Below, piece by piece: positions 61,953 through 64,000 of a DNA stretch of 64,000 nucleotides. A program made the translations under genes and the position numbers. Source of the stretch: Chloroflexota bacterium (GTDB lineage Bacteria; Chloroflexota; Dormibacteria; Dormibacterales; Dormibacteraceae); the NCBI GenBank assembly GCA_005882135.1, contig VBDR01000037.1, forward strand, positions 23,595 to 87,594. The letters run 5' to 3'. The notes below the pieces were generated by a model that did not search any database, had not been told where the DNA came from, and was given only the letters and a program-made list of their open reading frames with translations. Positions within the stretch are counted from its first letter, which is position 1. Every line of letters starts with the position of its first letter.

Positions 61953-62818
61953 CACACCACCTCCTGCGCGTAGCGCGCCAGCATCTCCTGGCGCCACCTC
62001 TCCGTCGGCTCGATCTCATTGAAGGTAAACACGTGGAGCCCAGCGACCCGGCGATCAGGCTGCGCGAGATCGGGCAAGAGCGCGCTCACGAAGCGCCCTG
62101 GGGCGTAGCCGCCGGGGCGGAACATGCGAGCCAACCAGCTGGGATGGCCACGCAGGAAGCGCGCCGACTCAGCCATCCCGATGCGGGTCGAAAGGCGCAG
62201 CAGCCGGGCCGGATCGGCCACCCCCGCCATGCCGATGTAGATCGGCAGCTGCACACCGCGACGCCGCACGCGCTCCACCCACCGCTTGATCGTGGCTGGA
62301 TCAAAGCTCAGGTTGCTGACGATGTAGGTCGCCAGGCGACGCTTGTCCCACATCGACTGGATCGTGACATCGTCATGAATGAAGGGGTGGCTCTCGGGAT
62401 AGCCCGTGACGCCGATCTCGGTCAAGCCATGGTCCGGCGGCAGCGCCGCGAGCAAAGACATCGAGTCCGGGAACTGTCCGGCCGGCTCGCTCGCGTCGCC
62501 GGCAACGACGAAAACGTTGCGGATGCCGGCCGCTTTCAGCGCATCGAGGATCTGGCCCAGCTCGACGCGGTCACGAATCAGGCGCGCCGAGAGGTGCGGG
62601 ACGGCGCGATAGCCGAGCCGGCTGAGGCGCGCGGCGAGCACGACCGTGGCCGGCAGGCCGCGTCGGGGGGAGGCGGTGACGGTGAGAGTGACCTCTTTCG
62701 GGACGTGGGCGGTGACCAGCTCCACGACGCCGTCGGTGGGAAAGATCTCGTAGCGCGGCGTGCGGAGTAACCCGGCCAGCGCTTGCCCCACACTCTGCGC
62801 GCCCAGCGGCCTCACCAT
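61952..62818 (-). CDS. metF: Methylenetetrahydrofolate reductase family protein
   Basis: YEIFP...VTASP...VPHLSAR...NVFVVAGD...GYPESHP is a MTHFR-like TIM barrel. One-nucleotide overlap with the fhs start. Confidence 0.75.
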   Translation of the reverse strand: MVRPLGAQSVGQALAGLLRTPRYEIFPTDGVVELVTAHVPKEVTLTVTASPRRGLPATVVLAARLSRLGYRAVPHLSARLIRDRVELGQILDALKAAGIRNVFVVAGDASEPAGQFPDSMSLLAALPPDHGLTEIGVTGYPESHPFIHDDVTIQSMWDKRRLATYIVSNLSFDPATIKRWVERVRRRGVQLPIYIGMAGVADPARLLRLSTRIGMAESARFLRGHPSWLARMFRPGGYAPGRFVSALLPDLAQPDRRVAGLHVFTFNEIEPTERWRQEMLARYAQEVV

Positions 62819-62832
62819 GCGACCTGTGTCGC

Positions 62833-62860
62833 ACTATACGCGACTGTCGCGCTGTACGCA
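62833..62860 (-). promoter_or_regulatory. Sigma-70-type promoter TTGCGT-N16-TATAGT of metF-fhs, with palindrome CGCGAC-T-GTCGCG in the spacer
   Basis: On the minus strand the -35 is at 62860-62855 and the -10 at 62838-62833. The palindrome is at 62839-62851. The ATG lies 14 nt downstream of the -10. Confidence 0.45.
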
Positions 62861-62871
62861 ACACCGCCTGG

Positions 62872-64000
62872 CTAAAACGGATGCGGCAACAGGAGGATCG
62901 TGTTGCGGTCGACGGGCCTGCCGGAGCGGTTGGAATCGAATCCGTTGAAGGGCACGTTGCCGGCCAGCTCGCGGTGCAGGCCCGCCAGGCCTGCCCCGTC
63001 GTGGTCGAGCATCGTGGAGCCGATCGCCAGTTGGCCACCGCGCGTCGGGAATATCTCGACCAGCCGCGCCTGGCACGGCCAGTCCACGATCGAACCAGTG
63101 GTCACCTCCCAGAAGCCATGGGTCCGTCGCGCATCCGCGCGCGGCGTGATGCGGTTGGCGTGGGTGTGGCCGTTCAGCCACAGCACCACGTTGGGAAACC
63201 GCAGCAGCAGCTCCTGCAGCTCGTCCGCACGGCGCTCGCCGCGTGGGTTGGACAGGGAGTCGTGGCCGTGGTGCGAGAGCACCACGACATGACGGTTCGG
63301 GTTTCCCGTCTTCACGCGCGATCCATCTCGCGAGCGAAACGATGCATGGACCTCCTCGAGCCTGCGCTCGAGCCAGCTGAGCTGCGCCACGCTGATGCTT
63401 CCATCGGCGCCGCCTGCGTCGCAGACGGTGTCGAGCGTGATGAATCGCACGAGTCCCATGTCGTGCACGTAATAGGCGATGCCCTCGTCAAGGCTGCCTC
63501 GGGTGAAGCCGTGGCCGCCGCCTTTCAGGTGAGCGTCGACGAACTCGCTGCGCGAGATGGGCCTTCGCTCCGGATCTGGGGCCACTTCGACCGACGCGCC
63601 GGTCATGAAATGCTCGGGATGGTCGATGAACATCTCGACGGCAGTGTCCGGATCGAGGCCGGACGGCACGTCGATTGGTTTGCGGGAGCGGGTCATGGCG
63701 TCTGCCAATGCCGGGGTCACGATGCCGACACCCTGGCAAACCTCCTCGTGGTTGCCGTAGCAGCCCAGCCAGGGGAGGCTGAGGCCATCCGACTCGAACT
63801 GCCGCGTGGCCTCCTCGAGCAGGCCCGGATGGCGTGGAAACCCAAGGGCGCTTTGAAAGAGGTCACCCGTCTCATCCCCGTCCGGCTTCCAGTAGATGTC
63901 TCCACGCCAATTGGTGGTCTGCACGCCGTCGTAGCCGGGCGCCCCGGAATCAGGACGAACGATTCCTCCATCGAACAGGGCCAGGAAGTTGGTCAGCTCG
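62872..64000 (-). CDS. Metallophosphoesterase (TIGR03767-like), 5' end beyond the right edge
   Basis: GCYGNHEE, GGHGFT, LSHHG and LNGHTHAN motifs. The frame stays open from 63924 to the window end (ELTNFLALFDGGIVRPDSGAPGYDG...), so the GTG in the track is probably not the real start. Confidence 0.75.
   Translation of the reverse strand, partial: ELTNFLALFDGGIVRPDSGAPGYDGVQTTNWRGDIYWKPDGDETGDLFQSALGFPRHPGLLEEATRQFESDGLSLPWLGCYGNHEEVCQGVGIVTPALADAMTRSRKPIDVPSGLDPDTAVEMFIDHPEHFMTGASVEVAPDPERRPISRSEFVDAHLKGGGHGFTRGSLDEGIAYYVHDMGLVRFITLDTVCDAGGADGSISVAQLSWLERRLEEVHASFRSRDGSRVKTGNPNRHVVVLSHHGHDSLSNPRGERRADELQELLLRFPNVVLWLNGHTHANRITPRADARRTHGFWEVTTGSIVDWPCQARLVEIFPTRGGQLAIGSTMLDHDGAGLAGLHRELAGNVPFNGFDSNRSGRPVDRNTILLLPHPF

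Noticed and set aside
1-64000. Search for rRNA, tRNA, tmRNA, CRISPR arrays, riboswitch-sized leaders, IS elements, integrases and prophage genes
   Set aside because: I saw no tRNA-like T-arm or acceptor patterns, no spaced direct repeats, and no transposase or integrase motifs. The longest non-coding gaps are about 90-180 bp. None precedes a gene in a way typical of glycine or THF riboswitches: the FAD-GcvT and metF genes have gaps of 14, 4 and 53 nt. A covariance-model scan would be needed to exclude small RNAs formally.

Overview
GC-rich chromosomal segment with an actinobacterium-like gene set (LprG-P55, AdnAB, AdoK, EtfD-like, GT87/GT39, NHEJ LigD). It is almost fully coding: I support about 61 protein genes and found no rRNA, tRNA, CRISPR array, transposase or integrase. 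Many long ORFs in the track are antisense shadow ORFs of real genes, which is expected at this GC content, and I rejected them. Operons are tightly coupled through ATGA, GTGA and TGATG overlaps.

Left to right:
1. Type IV secretion-like remnant at the left edge (VirB2-like, VirB6-like, M23 hydrolase).
2. TetR regulator with an extra beta-rich C-terminal domain, divergent from a small membrane protein and an internally deleted DHA2 MFS gene, with two CTAAC-N3-GTTAG operators between them.
3. Split LigD (PE-ligase, then polymerase), NDH-2 and lprG-P55.
4. PLP-enzyme/CBS operon, EamA and dtd.
5. One long fatty-acid operon, fabF-acpP-fabH-fabD-fabG-accD-accA, behind a PucR (FasR-like) regulator.
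6. Small housekeeping genes with back-to-back leaderless-type promoters.
7. A GT87-adnA-adnB-DUF4031-orphan operon in which adnA lacks a canonical start codon.
8. A GT39 gene, a sigma-region-4-only membrane protein with a proline-rich tandem repeat, and DsbA/CPBP/ABC genes.
9. A roughly 20 kb methylated-amine (choline/betaine-type) oxidation and C1 island. It holds two FAD-GcvT dehydrogenases, a choline-kinase-like gene, GntR, a phosphoesterase, an APC permease, a 5'-truncated Fe-ADH, an ALDH, an embedded AbiEii-like nucleotidyltransferase, etfBA and a membrane Fe-S EtfD-like reductase. The convergent metF-fhs-VOC operon follows.

The candidates I rate most worth follow-up are this island with its private electron and C1 sinks, the TetR fusion locus, the adnA start anomaly, the sigma4-only membrane protein, and the structured fabH-fabD spacer. 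I could not identify a clear-cut, wholly undescribed system. All functional calls rest on motif recognition by eye and need database confirmation.
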